A DNA stretch of 64,000 bases, taken from contig CAZULG010000001.1 of assembly GCA_964621065.1 (NCBI GenBank), positions 11,082 to 75,081 on the forward strand. Direction: 5' to 3'. The notes beneath the pieces were generated by a model. The model searched no databases. It was not told the origin of the DNA and saw only the letters and a list, made by a program, of their open reading frames with translations. The number at the start of each line of letters is the position of its first letter. Within the stretch, counting starts at the first letter, position 1. This DNA comes from an uncultured Methanosarcinales archaeon. GTDB taxonomy: Archaea > Nanobdellota > Nanobdellia > Woesearchaeales > UBA583. A program made the translations under genes and the position numbers. This document shows, piece after piece, positions 1 to 9,812 of this stretch.

Positions 1-783
1 ACGTTTTCTCTCTCTCACACATTACATTCAGGACAATTTTTCAATTATTTATATGATGAGAAGGATGAGAGTTATATTATAGTTGATGGAAAAAAAATTT
101 TCAAAGTTAAACAAGTAGAAAAAATACTCTATTATGAACATATTAATGAAGAATCATTAAAAGCATTTTTAGGACTTAATTTTAATATCAACACTATTAA
201 ACATTTTGAGGATGAGTATTTTCAACAAGCATTTTTAGCTTGCGAAGGAATTCGTGTTATGAAGTGCGATGTATTTCAAACTATAATTTCATTTATCTGC
301 TCAGCTGCTGCAAATATATCTAAGATAAAAAATAACGTAAAACTAATTTCACAAAATTTTGGAGAATATAGTTCTGAGTTTAATACATATTGCTTTCCTG
401 CTCCTGAAAAAATTAATGATTTAGAATTATTAAAAAAATGTAGAGTTGGGTATCGTGCAAAATATATTCTAGAAGTTTCACAATACTTTGCAAAACATCC
501 TTTTGCTCTTAAAGAATTAGAAGATATGAACTATTATGATGCAATGGGTTTTCTACAAACGCTCCTAGGAATTGGTTCAAAGATTGCAAATTGCATTTGC
601 TTATTTGCACTCAATCACTATGAAGCATTTCCTGTAGATACATGGATTGAGAAAATTTTAAAAGAAGAATATAAATTTGTGGGAAATAACAAACAACTTG
701 AATTTTTAGCAAAAGAATATTTTAAAGAGTATGCAGGATATTATCAACAATATTTATTTCATTATTCACGAACAAAAAAATAA
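1..783 (+). CDS. ogg: 8-oxoguanine DNA glycosylase / N-glycosylase-DNA lyase (Ogg, HhH-GPD superfamily); 5' end runs off the window
   Basis: Frame 1 is open from nt 1 (TFSLSHTLHSGQFFNYLYDE...) into the 259..783 ORF. It has the SGQxF N-terminal motif, an ISFICSAAANISKIKNN segment and a helix-hairpin-helix LLGIGSKIANCICLFAL...PVDTWIEKI with a catalytic-type Asp. Confidence 0.6.
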   Translation, partial: TFSLSHTLHSGQFFNYLYDEKDESYIIVDGKKIFKVKQVEKILYYEHINEESLKAFLGLNFNINTIKHFEDEYFQQAFLACEGIRVMKCDVFQTIISFICSAAANISKIKNNVKLISQNFGEYSSEFNTYCFPAPEKINDLELLKKCRVGYRAKYILEVSQYFAKHPFALKELEDMNYYDAMGFLQTLLGIGSKIANCICLFALNHYEAFPVDTWIEKILKEEYKFVGNNKQLEFLAKEYFKEYAGYYQQYLFHYSRTKK

Positions 784-819
784 GAATTCAAATTCATATA
801 TTTTTTTTAATTAATTTAA

Positions 820-1296
820 TTAATTCAACACATATAAACTCAAATTAAGTATTGTTGCAAACAAAACCCATAATACATATGGAACCCATAAATAAAAACT
901 AATTACATCGAGTTTGTAATACTTATACAAAATATAGAGTAAAGTTGTAAGTAATATTAATATGAGTATGAGAGCATATCCTACTTCTTGAAATAAAAAG
1001 AATAATGGAGTCCATAATGAATTAAGAATGAGTTGAAATCCATACAAAAAATACATCTGATATTTTTGAGAATCTTGAATTATTATTGAATTATAAATTC
1101 TAAAAATAGAAATTGCCATAAAGAGATACAAAGTAATCCAAACAGGACCAAATAGCCATGAGGGTGGATTGAAAAAAGGTTTTTCCAACGATTGAAACCA
1201 CTCAGAATTAGGATTTGAAAAAGGAGTCCAAATACCTCCTATGAATTGAGTAATTATAATTAAAGCAATTAAAATAGCAAAGGATTTTAAATTCAT
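820..1296 (-). CDS. tspO: TspO/MBR family tryptophan-rich sensory protein; the ORF extends to 1356 but the internal Met MNLKSF is the likelier start
   Basis: Five TM helices and the W-rich signature WFQSLEKPFFNPPSWLFGPVWITLY. Confidence 0.6.
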   Translation of the reverse strand: MNLKSFAILIALIIITQFIGGIWTPFSNPNSEWFQSLEKPFFNPPSWLFGPVWITLYLFMAISIFRIYNSIIIQDSQKYQMYFLYGFQLILNSLWTPLFFLFQEVGYALILILILLTTLLYILYKYYKLDVISFYLWVPYVLWVLFATILNLSLYVLN

Positions 1297-1399
1297 AATA
1301 ATCCTAGAACTTACATATTTATAAATTTTTATTATAATGTATTTAAAATATAACAAGTAAGAAAAATGTTTAGTAGATGTAAAGATAATAAAATAAAAA

Positions 1400-2211
1400 A
1401 TGAAACTTGCTATAATTAATGATATTCATTATGGAGATGAAAGAATTGATAATGGAGTTGTTAGAAAATTTAGTAAACAAACTGATACCCTAGTTTCTAA
1501 TTTTATCGATGATATGAATTCAAATATAAAACCTGAATTTATAATTATTCTTGGAGATTTAATAGAGTCAAAAAATCATAAAATAGATGTAAAAAATTTA
1601 AATTACATTAAATCAAAATTAGAAAATAATCTTAATTCTAATCTTTTTTATTGTATTGGAAATCATGAACAAAGAACATTAAAAAAAGAAGAAGTAAACA
1701 CAATTCTAAATTTAAAAAATCAATATTATTCATTTGATAACGAAGAATTACATTTTATTATTTTATATTCAATTGAAGTTAATTCCAAAAATTTTAAAGA
1801 TTCTTACAATTATATTGATGATAAGCAAATTAAATAGCTCAAGGAAGATTTACAAAATACAACTAAAAAAACAATTATATTTGTACATCACTCTTTAGCT
1901 GATCAAAATTTAGAGAGAAACCCTTATTTTAGTAATAGAGAGAATAATTGTCTAATTAAAAATAGAGAAGAAATTAGAAGAATTATAGAACAATCAAATA
2001 AGGTGGTTTGTATATATTTAATAGTCACATTCACTGGAATAACATTAATTATAATAACAACATTCCCTACATCACATTGCAATCGTTAGTTGAAAATGAG
2101 GAAAATAAAGGAATTCCTGCAGGCACATACACAATTGTAATTATTAAAAATAATGAGATAAATGTAGATATTAAAGGAAATTTTCCTCAAAAATATATAT
2201 TTAATATTTAA
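1400..2211 (+). pseudogene. Calcineurin-like metallophosphoesterase disrupted by an in-frame TAG (1835-1837) and a frameshift near 2000-2020
   Basis: Motifs in order: IHYGDE (DxH), ILGDLIE (GD), IGNHEQ (GNHE), then after the TAG the same frame continues LKEDLQNTTKKTIIFVHHSLAD... The GHxH-type motif FNSHIHW appears only after a shift to frame 1 (ORF 2008..2211). Confidence 0.5.
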
Positions 2212-2339
2212 AAAATATAATTTATGCTAACTATTATTAATCAAAAATAATATATATAATTGTTAAAAGTAATTAGCATTTATTTAAATATTTGCTTTTT
2301 TCCCATAAATTTTTGAGTGATATTTTTTAAACATAACAT

Positions 2340-2850
2340 AAACTAGCTATTTTTGATTAATATATTTAATAAAAATATAAAATTACGAACTATGATTTTT
2401 GATAGTTATTTTTAAGTTATTTTTTATAACTAGAAACGAAATTCAATTCACATCTTTAATTATGTAATTTAAAAAATTCTATTTTGATAGTTATTTTTAA
2501 AAAAAATATGAATAATAAATATCACATATTATTGTAATTACTAGTAATATTTAGATTTATTAGAATTAAATAAAATTAATTTTGATAGTTATTTTTAATA
2601 TAAAAAACAGATGAAAGATTATATATTCTTATAATTGACAATAGTTTTTAGAACAGTAAAATATTAAATAAAATTATTTTGATAAATATATTTAAAAAAT
2701 TAAAGCTTAAAATTAGTTAGCATAATTACAAATATTTTGAAAAAAATAATAATCAAAAATTATAATTAATGCTAATTATTTATTCTTATAAAGTTTTATA
2801 AGATAGCGATATAAATTTCACACTTTTTATCTCCTAATTTTGATAGAAAT
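2340..2850. repeat. Iteron-like direct repeats in a 680-bp non-coding AT-rich region
   Basis: Perfect 19-mer TTTTGATAGTTATTTTTAA at 2397-2415, 2482-2500 and 2580-2598. Degenerate copies near 2351, 2676 and 2838. Spacing is 85-98 bp. Inverted ATGCTAA/TTAGCAT motifs flank the block at ~2224/2273 and ~2716/2769. Confidence 0.55.
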
Positions 2851-2891
2851 TACAAAAAATTAAATAGATTAAGAATTTATTCATAAAAAGT

Positions 2892-3260
2892 ATGATGATC
2901 TTCAATATAGTATTTATTGTAACATTTATTATAACAAGATTACTAACATACTCTCTACACGATAAAAAAGATTATAATTCTAATACAATCACTGAGTACA
3001 TTAGAAAAAAAAGCAATTTTGAATTTCACCATATACATATAGGAATTTTATTGTTAGTAGTATTGACTATATTTACTCAATTCCTTCAAATTAATGAAAT
3101 TATTTATTACCTACTTCTAGCAATTTCTCTTTCTTTAATTGTAGATCAATTATTTCCCCTATTAAAAATATGTTGTTATTTTTCAAAATATTCATTAATT
3201 GCAGCAGTTGTACTTCACATATCAGTATTAATTATATTTAATGGCACACATTATTTCTAA
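2892..3260 (+). CDS. Hypothetical small membrane protein
   Basis: ORF with 3-4 predicted hydrophobic helices; no recognisable motif. Confidence 0.3.
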   Translation: MMIFNIVFIVTFIITRLLTYSLHDKKDYNSNTITEYIRKKSNFEFHHIHIGILLLVVLTIFTQFLQINEIIYYLLLAISLSLIVDQLFPLLKICCYFSKYSLIAAVVLHISVLIIFNGTHYF

Positions 3261-3439
3261 AAATCCTCAAAACACCCAAATTTAGCACTTCTGAGAACAA
3301 AAAGAAATGAAAACTAATATGAGAGAACTTTTTTATTTTTGTATACAAAAATACATTAAAAATCCTTAAAATTGGCTTAAATATTATTATTTTTAACTAT
3401 AAAAGTTCGTATAATATACATTATACGAACCATATTACA

Positions 3440-3811
3440 TCACCTTAGATATAAGCACAAGTAAAGAGAAAAAACAACCAAATATAATAAAATTATAAAT
3501 ATTGAACTAGAAATTTTAAATTTTTTATACTTAATTTCTATGATATATTTCTTCAAGATATTGGCTCCTAGGTATTCTCCTATTGTTCCAATAAGTGTAA
3601 CAAGAAGAATTGTGATAATGCTTGGAAAAATAATTAATTGAATTATTAAACTACTTATTGAAGTATTATTAATAATTTCAGTTGATATTAATATGACTAG
3701 AAACAGCAATAGTAATCTCACAGCTATTTTTTGAAGGAGTGTTTTCCTAATTGGTCGTTTATCATATTTATGTTTATATTTTTTAAATTTAATTGAAAAA
3801 TCTTTCATCAT
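3440..3811 (-). CDS. Hypothetical small membrane protein
   Basis: Lys-rich N-terminus followed by three hydrophobic helices. Confidence 0.3.
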   Translation of the reverse strand: MMKDFSIKFKKYKHKYDKRPIRKTLLQKIAVRLLLLFLVILISTEIINNTSISSLIIQLIIFPSIITILLVTLIGTIGEYLGANILKKYIIEIKYKKFKISSSIFIILLYLVVFSLYLCLYLR

Positions 3812-4096
3812 TTTATTATGTATTCAATATTTGATAAATCTAATGTTTTGATATATAATTTAGTACTAAAAGTGTGAATTTATTAGAACATATAATAAAA
3901 TTAATAATTGTCATCTTTGTTAGTAATATTTAAGCATAATGTGGCAAAACAATTACTATAATTAAATAGCATTGACAGAAATTTTTTAGCAATAACTATA
4001 CTTGATTTTTATATAAATATTAGTTTTTGACAATAATATTTAAGAAAATACTAATAAATTATTTGTTTGATTTTTTCTATCATTGCTAAATATAAT

Positions 4097-4500
4097 TAAT
4101 CTTTTTCAAATAAAATATATTCTATCATATCTTCTGTAATTGTTTCATCAATTCCTGCTTCAAGTGGAGAAATGATAGGACAATTTATCCATGGATTCAT
4201 CCATCCTTCTTTAATTCTTGTTAAGTAATGTCCATAAGGATATTTATTGGAAGATTTAATAAAGATAATCGTTCTAGGTTTTTTAAGTATTTTTGATACT
4301 TATTTGAATATTTTCTAAATGAATAATTATTTTTGTCATACAATTTAAGTAATTTTTTTAACTCAGGCATATAAAATCCAACTTCAAGAGCATCTTGAGG
4401 ATTTTTTGCATTTACTAAGAACATTATTATATGAATCTCCTACTACTGATGCAACACAAGCAATCCCACAGCCCATATTATGTCTTTGTTTTACAATCAT
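4097..4500 (-). pseudogene. Peptidase C39-like (papain-fold cysteine peptidase) gene broken into three reading frames
   Basis: Frame a from ATG at 4500 gives MIVKQRHNMGCGIACVASVVGDSYNNV (C39 catalytic Cys motif) then stops. Frame b is ORF 4221..4424. Frame c continues ...KYPYGHYLTRIKEGWMNPW...EAGIDET... to a stop at ~4097 (His region). The a/b junction lies in an A6 homopolymer. Confidence 0.35.
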
Positions 4501-4952
4501 AAAAAGTGTGAAAGTTATTTCTCTTTAACTATTTTTGTTACTGTTAAAACATAATTTTTATTAATTTAAATTTTTGTAAATTGTAATTTTTGATTAATAT
4601 TTTTTATCTAATTGTGATTGAATATTATTATCAAAATTAAAATATTATGTATTCACAGAAACAATTATTTTAATATTGAGAAAAATGTTATATCGAATTA
4701 TTAAATAAAATCTCTCAATTAAAAGTGTGAAAATTATTTCTCAATTGAATAAGAAATAATGAGTTTTTGATTGAAAATAACAAACAACGATGATTATTTT
4801 GATATTAAGTTTAATGAGAATCAAGATATTAATTTATAGAATAGTTAAAAGATAGTATTTTTAATAAAAAGTTATTATCAATAACCATAAAAAATCATAA
4901 AAAGTAGATAAAATCACGATAACTATATAAGTCCAGAAAACATACTACAAAT

Positions 4953-5165
4953 ATGATAAAAAAAGAACATATAAATCAAAAAAACATTTGGATTTTAGTA
5001 TTAACTATCATTGTAATAATTTTAGTTTGGGGAATTATTGGAGGAAATGTTGCACAATCTGTTGGTATAACATGTAATGCTGGTATTGGAGATGTGTTAT
5101 GTTGGTTTTGGGAGACAAATGCAATTGGAGATTTAGGTGATACAATAGATGAGATATTTAATTAG
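4953..5165 (+). CDS. Hypothetical small membrane/secreted protein
   Basis: ORF with an N-terminal hydrophobic helix. Confidence 0.25.
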   Translation: MIKKEHINQKNIWILVLTIIVIILVWGIIGGNVAQSVGITCNAGIGDVLCWFWETNAIGDLGDTIDEIFN

Positions 5166-5177
5166 TTAAATAAATAA

Positions 5178-5729
5178 TTAAAATCCCATCTCCTTTTTAA
5201 TCAATTTATGTGCCTTGTTAATTTGTTGAAATTCTTCCATACTTCCTCCTAAATCTGGATGATGTTTCCTTGCAAGTTTTTTATACGCTACATTAATTGT
5301 TTCAACATCTTGTTCATTTTCATCTAATTCAAGTAAGAGTTTAGCATCTTTTAAATCACTCTCTAATGATTTAACAGATTTGCTTGATTCTGTGAATAAT
5401 GAATAAAATTCTTGAATATCTTTTTTCCCATCAATAACTTCTCTTACTTCAATTTCAATGAGCTTTGAAATTAGATATAAATTATCAATAAACCGCTTTG
5501 CCATTGAATATGAATATCTACAATAATGCCTATCTAACCAAAATTCTAAAACTGCTGGCATATTCCTATTTGCAAGACTTGGAATTTTAATCTCAACATC
5601 ATCTCGTTGAATTCCAATTTTTTTCAAATCATTCACAATATTATTTACAAAAATAACTGCTTTTCGATTATATCCACTTTTTGTAATTTTGAGACTAATT
5701 TCGTGACCTTTTAGAGAATATGAGTTCAT
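5178..5729 (-). CDS. J-domain protein with a C-terminal DnaJ-type J domain
   Basis: C-terminal AYKKLARKHHPDLGGSMEEFQQINKAHKLI carries the canonical HPD motif; the N-terminal ~120 aa are unrecognised. Confidence 0.6.
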   Translation of the reverse strand: MNSYSLKGHEISLKITKSGYNRKAVIFVNNIVNDLKKIGIQRDDVEIKIPSLANRNMPAVLEFWLDRHYCRYSYSMAKRFIDNLYLISKLIEIEVREVIDGKKDIQEFYSLFTESSKSVKSLESDLKDAKLLLELDENEQDVETINVAYKKLARKHHPDLGGSMEEFQQINKAHKLIKKEMGF

Positions 5730-5870
5730 TTTTTAACTTATATATTATAAAATTATTCTTATATTTATAAATTAATGAGATTAAGATACTAATTTTTAGT
5801 ATAAAAACAATTTCTTAACTACTCATTTTTTAAAAAAATATATAAAGACAAGAAATATAAAAACAAACAA

Positions 5871-6053
5871 ATGAAACATCAACAAATTGAAGAAACTATT
5901 TTTCAAACACTAGTAATTTTAATAATGGTCATAATTTTTGGAGTTATAGGTTTTCTATTAGAGTATGTATGGTCACAATTTTTATTTTATGTTTTGGCTT
6001 TAACATTAATTTATTACTCTGGAAAGTTGATAATTATTAAACAAAATCTTTAG
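5871..6053 (+). CDS. Hypothetical 2-TM miniprotein
   Basis: ORF with two hydrophobic helices. Confidence 0.2.
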   Translation: MKHQQIEETIFQTLVILIMVIIFGVIGFLLEYVWSQFLFYVLALTLIYYSGKLIIIKQNL

Positions 6054-6129
6054 CAAAATAATGAATAGTTCCTAGATACTTTATTAATTTTAAGATTCAA
6101 AAAATTTTACTTTTATATTATTATTATTT

Positions 6130-7776
6130 TTATTTTTTGCTTACATATTTTGATTTGATATTATGTTGATCATCATAGTCAGTTCTTCCTTTCACTTGAG
6201 CCTTCAAATCATCTAAATTAGCTTCTTTTAAAGCAGTTAATGTGTAAAATTCAGTTTGTAATCCTTTCATCAAACTCCAACACATAACCACCAAAATTAA
6301 ACTAAATGGAATTGCCATTGTAATAACTGCAGTTTGAAGTGCAATTAATCCTCCTCCTATAAGTAATACAGCAGCTGTGAGTCCTTGCAAAATTGACCAA
6401 AATGCTCGTTGAGATTTTACTGAATATCCTTTTCCTCCTGAAGTTATGAGATCTATTACATATGAACCTGAATCTGAAGAAGTGACAAAAAATGTAATAA
6501 TTAAAATAACAGCTAAAAAACTAATTATCTCACCAAAAGGAAGTTGTTCAAGTAGTAAAAACATAGACATTGAAACATCTTCTTGAATGATTGAGGTGAT
6601 TTGTGCATTATCTCCAAGTAGATTAATTGCTGCATTTCCAAATATACTAAACCATAAAAATGTAAGAATTGCAGGTACAAATAATACTCCTCCTATAAAT
6701 TCTTTAATAGTTCTTCCTTTTGAAATTCTCGCAATAAACATTCCAACATACGGAGCCCATGAAATCCACCATGCCCAGTAGAACAGTGTCCACCCACTAA
6801 GCCACGTACTATCTATTGAAAATGTTTTCACAAGCGATAAATCAATAAAATCTTTAATATATACACCTGTGTTTAAAATAAATTGTGATAAAATATGTAG
6901 TGTTGGACCAAACACAAGCACGTAAATGAGTAAAAATGCACCTAATGCCATATTTATAATACTGAACCACTTAATTCCTTTTTTGACGCCTGAGACTACT
7001 GAGAATGTAGCAAGTGATGTAATGAGCAGAATTAATGATATTTTACTCGCAATACTGTCTTCTATACCAAATAAATAATTTAATCCAGTATTAATTTGAA
7101 TAACTCCAAGACCTAGCGAAGTTGCAACTCCAAAGAGCGTTGAGACAACTGCAAAAATATCTATTGCATGTCCTGGCCAACGGTAAACCCTATCTTTTAA
7201 TAATGGATAAAATGTGAAGCGAAACGAAAAAGGAAGTTCTCTTCTAAATCCAACATATGCTAGAGATAATCCTACAATTACATATGTTGCCCAAGCGTGT
7301 AACCCCCAATTTAAATATGTGTATTTCATCGCAATTGACTGATTTGAATCACCATCTACAACAGGAGGTTCTACATAATGCATCACAGGTTCTGCCACAC
7401 CATAAAACAAAATTCCAATTCCCATCCCCGCACTAAAGAGCATTGAGAGCCAAGTAATGTAGCTATATTCAGGTTTTGAATAATCTCCTCCAAGTTTTAT
7501 GACTCCAAATTTACTAAAATACAAATAAATAACAAGAACTAGAAATATTGTCATTGAAAAAATAATCAACCAATTAAATTGAATAATTATAAATTGATTT
7601 AATTCCAGTACAACTTTTTCAAATTGTTTAGAAAAGAAAAAACCAATAAATGCAAGAGAGAGTATGATAAATGCAGAAGTGAAAAATACGGGTGTATTAA
7701 TATGTTGTTCAATATAGTTTGAAATTGACTGTTTCATATCAGAATCCATTGAATATATAGAAAAATATAAATTCAA
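6130..7776 (-). CDS. BCCT family betaine/carnitine/choline transporter
   Basis: 12 TM helices and the BCCT signature GWTLFYWAWWISWAPYVGMFIARISKGRTIKEFI. Confidence 0.8.
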   Translation of the reverse strand: MNLYFSIYSMDSDMKQSISNYIEQHINTPVFFTSAFIILSLAFIGFFFSKQFEKVVLELNQFIIIQFNWLIIFSMTIFLVLVIYLYFSKFGVIKLGGDYSKPEYSYITWLSMLFSAGMGIGILFYGVAEPVMHYVEPPVVDGDSNQSIAMKYTYLNWGLHAWATYVIVGLSLAYVGFRRELPFSFRFTFYPLLKDRVYRWPGHAIDIFAVVSTLFGVATSLGLGVIQINTGLNYLFGIEDSIASKISLILLITSLATFSVVSGVKKGIKWFSIINMALGAFLLIYVLVFGPTLHILSQFILNTGVYIKDFIDLSLVKTFSIDSTWLSGWTLFYWAWWISWAPYVGMFIARISKGRTIKEFIGGVLFVPAILTFLWFSIFGNAAINLLGDNAQITSIIQEDVSMSMFLLLEQLPFGEIISFLAVILIITFFVTSSDSGSYVIDLITSGGKGYSVKSQRAFWSILQGLTAAVLLIGGGLIALQTAVITMAIPFSLILVVMCWSLMKGLQTEFYTLTALKEANLDDLKAQVKGRTDYDDQHNIKSKYVSKK

Positions 7777-7875
7777 TTTATAAATAATAAGAACTATGAG
7801 TAAGTGATATTCTCTATCAAATTATAGAGTTAATTATGTACAAAGTATATATTTAGAGAAAATCAATCTGAAAAA

Positions 7876-8529
7876 TTAATCATTTAAAAAATCTAAATTT
7901 ACTGAACAACTTGAGCCTGTGACACATGAACCATCCCCTTGGCTATCTCCTACATACCCTTCTGGAATTCTCTCTTTGCAAATGTTTGAGTCAATACATG
8001 CCTTATTAGTTACATTGTTAATATAGAATTCTTCTTCCTCTTGTGTATAGTCACCAACTAATATGAGGATTTGGTCTAAATCTTGAGCTATATACTTTTC
8101 ATATTCTTCATTTTCTTCTCCATTGACAAACATATTTATTGAACTTTGATTATTCTCACAATAAGATTTGTTCTCATCTGTAACAAAGCAACTCTCATTA
8201 AATTTCATATCTAAAGATGTGAAAAACTCTTCAAGACTTATATTTTCTTTATGAAAGTGTATCACATCACCATTTCCATCATGTAGATGCACATAACCAT
8301 GTTTGTTAGAGTGAAGACCACTCATATATTTATCTTGCGAAAAATTGAGAACTGTTCCATTGACAACAACTAAAAAATCTGCGTGTGTGTGAAATTCATC
8401 TGAGCTATGATCTGTTGGTTGATGAGTTGAATGTGCTGAAGTTGGATTAATATTTGAATATAGAGCAACACTCACACCAAGTGTAATAATTGCAATAATG
8501 AGTAAATATAATAGATAATTTCTATTCAT
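7876..8529 (-). CDS. Hypothetical membrane-anchored secreted protein, His-rich
   Basis: N-terminal TM/signal anchor, then HSTHQPTDHSSDEFHTHADF and HGYVHLHDGNGDVIHFH clusters and a Cys-rich acidic C-terminus. Confidence 0.35.
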   Translation of the reverse strand: MNRNYLLYLLIIAIITLGVSVALYSNINPTSAHSTHQPTDHSSDEFHTHADFLVVVNGTVLNFSQDKYMSGLHSNKHGYVHLHDGNGDVIHFHKENISLEEFFTSLDMKFNESCFVTDENKSYCENNQSSINMFVNGEENEEYEKYIAQDLDQILILVGDYTQEEEEFYINNVTNKACIDSNICKERIPEGYVGDSQGDGSCVTGSSCSVNLDFLND

Positions 8530-8563
8530 ATATTATAAAATATTGAAGATTTTATAAATATAG

Positions 8564-8977
8564 TTATTTTTTATTCATCAATTCTTTTAAATTTACAATA
8601 AAATCAATAACATTGTTTGGATCCAACTTCTCTTTATTATATTGAGAAAAAACTAAACTATTGTCATTATTATCTCTTCCAATTCTCATTATAATTTTTC
8701 CATTTATTCCATTTTTTAATTTGGCAACTGGTAATCCCAAAGAGTTTAATTTAGTTCCACTAGTTTCATCTGGATTTATATCTCTACTGCCATCTAATTT
8801 TAAAATTTTAAATTTTCTATGAGGTATTAAATGAGGTCTTCCTTGAAACAAAATTAGTATTAATTCATCTGATAAATTTTTAAATTCATCATTTAATATT
8901 TTGATAAATGATTTTTCGTTTTCAAAATTTCCTAATTTATAATAAATTTCACTATTAGAATCGAATACCTTAATCAT
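8564..8977 (-). CDS. Hypothetical protein
   Basis: ORF only. Confidence 0.3.
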   Translation of the reverse strand: MIKVFDSNSEIYYKLGNFENEKSFIKILNDEFKNLSDELILILFQGRPHLIPHRKFKILKLDGSRDINPDETSGTKLNSLGLPVAKLKNGINGKIIMRIGRDNNDNSLVFSQYNKEKLDPNNVIDFIVNLKELMNKK

Positions 8978-9066
8978 TGTTATATTTTTTATATCTCTAA
9001 ATATATAAACTTATCTTTATCAATTGAGTTATGTGTCAGAAAATATTTTCAGTTTTTGATAGAGGA

Positions 9067-9198
9067 ATGTACAAAGATGCTAAACATTGTTTAAACTGTG
9101 GTAGAGTGTTTACAAAACGAAGAAAGTGGAATGATTGTTTTAATGAAGTTAAATTTTGTTCACAGAAATGTAGAGAAGAACATAAAAGATTTAACTAA
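9067..9198 (+). CDS. Small zinc-ribbon protein (DUF2256-like), 43 aa, below the ORF-track cutoff
   Basis: MYKDAKHCLNCGRVFTKRRKWNDCFNEVKFCSQKCREEHKRFN has a CxxC...CxxxC pattern with a conserved RRKW; its 3' end overlaps the stop of the convergent gene 9191..9655. Confidence 0.4.
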   Translation: MYKDAKHCLNCGRVFTKRRKWNDCFNEVKFCSQKCREEHKRFN

Positions 9199-9655
9199 AA
9201 TCAAAATAATCTGTTACATCAAATTTAGGGCTTATGAGTCCTTTAGGTGAATATATAAATAATGAATTTCCTATAAACAAATCATAAGATGGAAATCCTC
9301 TTTCCTTTAATTCATCATAAAAACAACAAGGAATTGAACACCTTCCTTTACCATCAATTTTATAAGTCATTAGCGCTTTTCCACCTTCACTTAATAAATG
9401 CTTCCCAGATAATCCTAACAATACTGGTGAATACTCCTCGCTATTAAATACAATATATCCAACCTTACACTCTCCTTCTTTATTTTTATTATTTTTGTTG
9501 AAATTTGGATTTATTAAAATTCTTTTATTATCATCAACTTTTCTTGTTCTATGGAAGAAATCTTCATTTAATTTATCAAGAATATTTTCTAGTTTATCTA
9601 GAGGGAAGGTTGGAGTAGTTTGAGCAATATTGTTGAGTATTATATTTTTTTCCAT
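9191..9655 (-). CDS. Hypothetical protein
   Basis: ORF only; Cys-containing C-terminal half. Confidence 0.35.
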   Translation of the reverse strand: MEKNIILNNIAQTTPTFPLDKLENILDKLNEDFFHRTRKVDDNKRILINPNFNKNNKNKEGECKVGYIVFNSEEYSPVLLGLSGKHLLSEGGKALMTYKIDGKGRCSIPCCFYDELKERGFPSYDLFIGNSLFIYSPKGLISPKFDVTDYFDFS

Positions 9656-9812
9656 TTTACTTTAATATAGTAACAATTTAACATTTATAAAAATAATTTA
9701 AAATTTAGCTTAAATTTAGAAATTATTCTTTGTTAATGGTGATTATTCAATCTTGGTTTAATTATTTTAATGGAAGTTCTCTTTTTTGTTTAATTATGGA
9801 CGTAAATATTAA

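Noticed and set aside
1835-1837. In-frame TAG as pyrrolysine or programmed readthrough
   Set aside because: The same gene also needs a frameshift ~170 nt downstream to reach its last catalytic motif. No pyl genes were seen. Pseudogene or sequencing error is more parsimonious.
2340-2850. Possible CRISPR array
   Set aside because: Repeats are only 19 bp, the spacing is irregular (85-98 bp plus degenerate copies), the copies decay rapidly, and no cas genes are in the window. More consistent with iterons or binding-site arrays.
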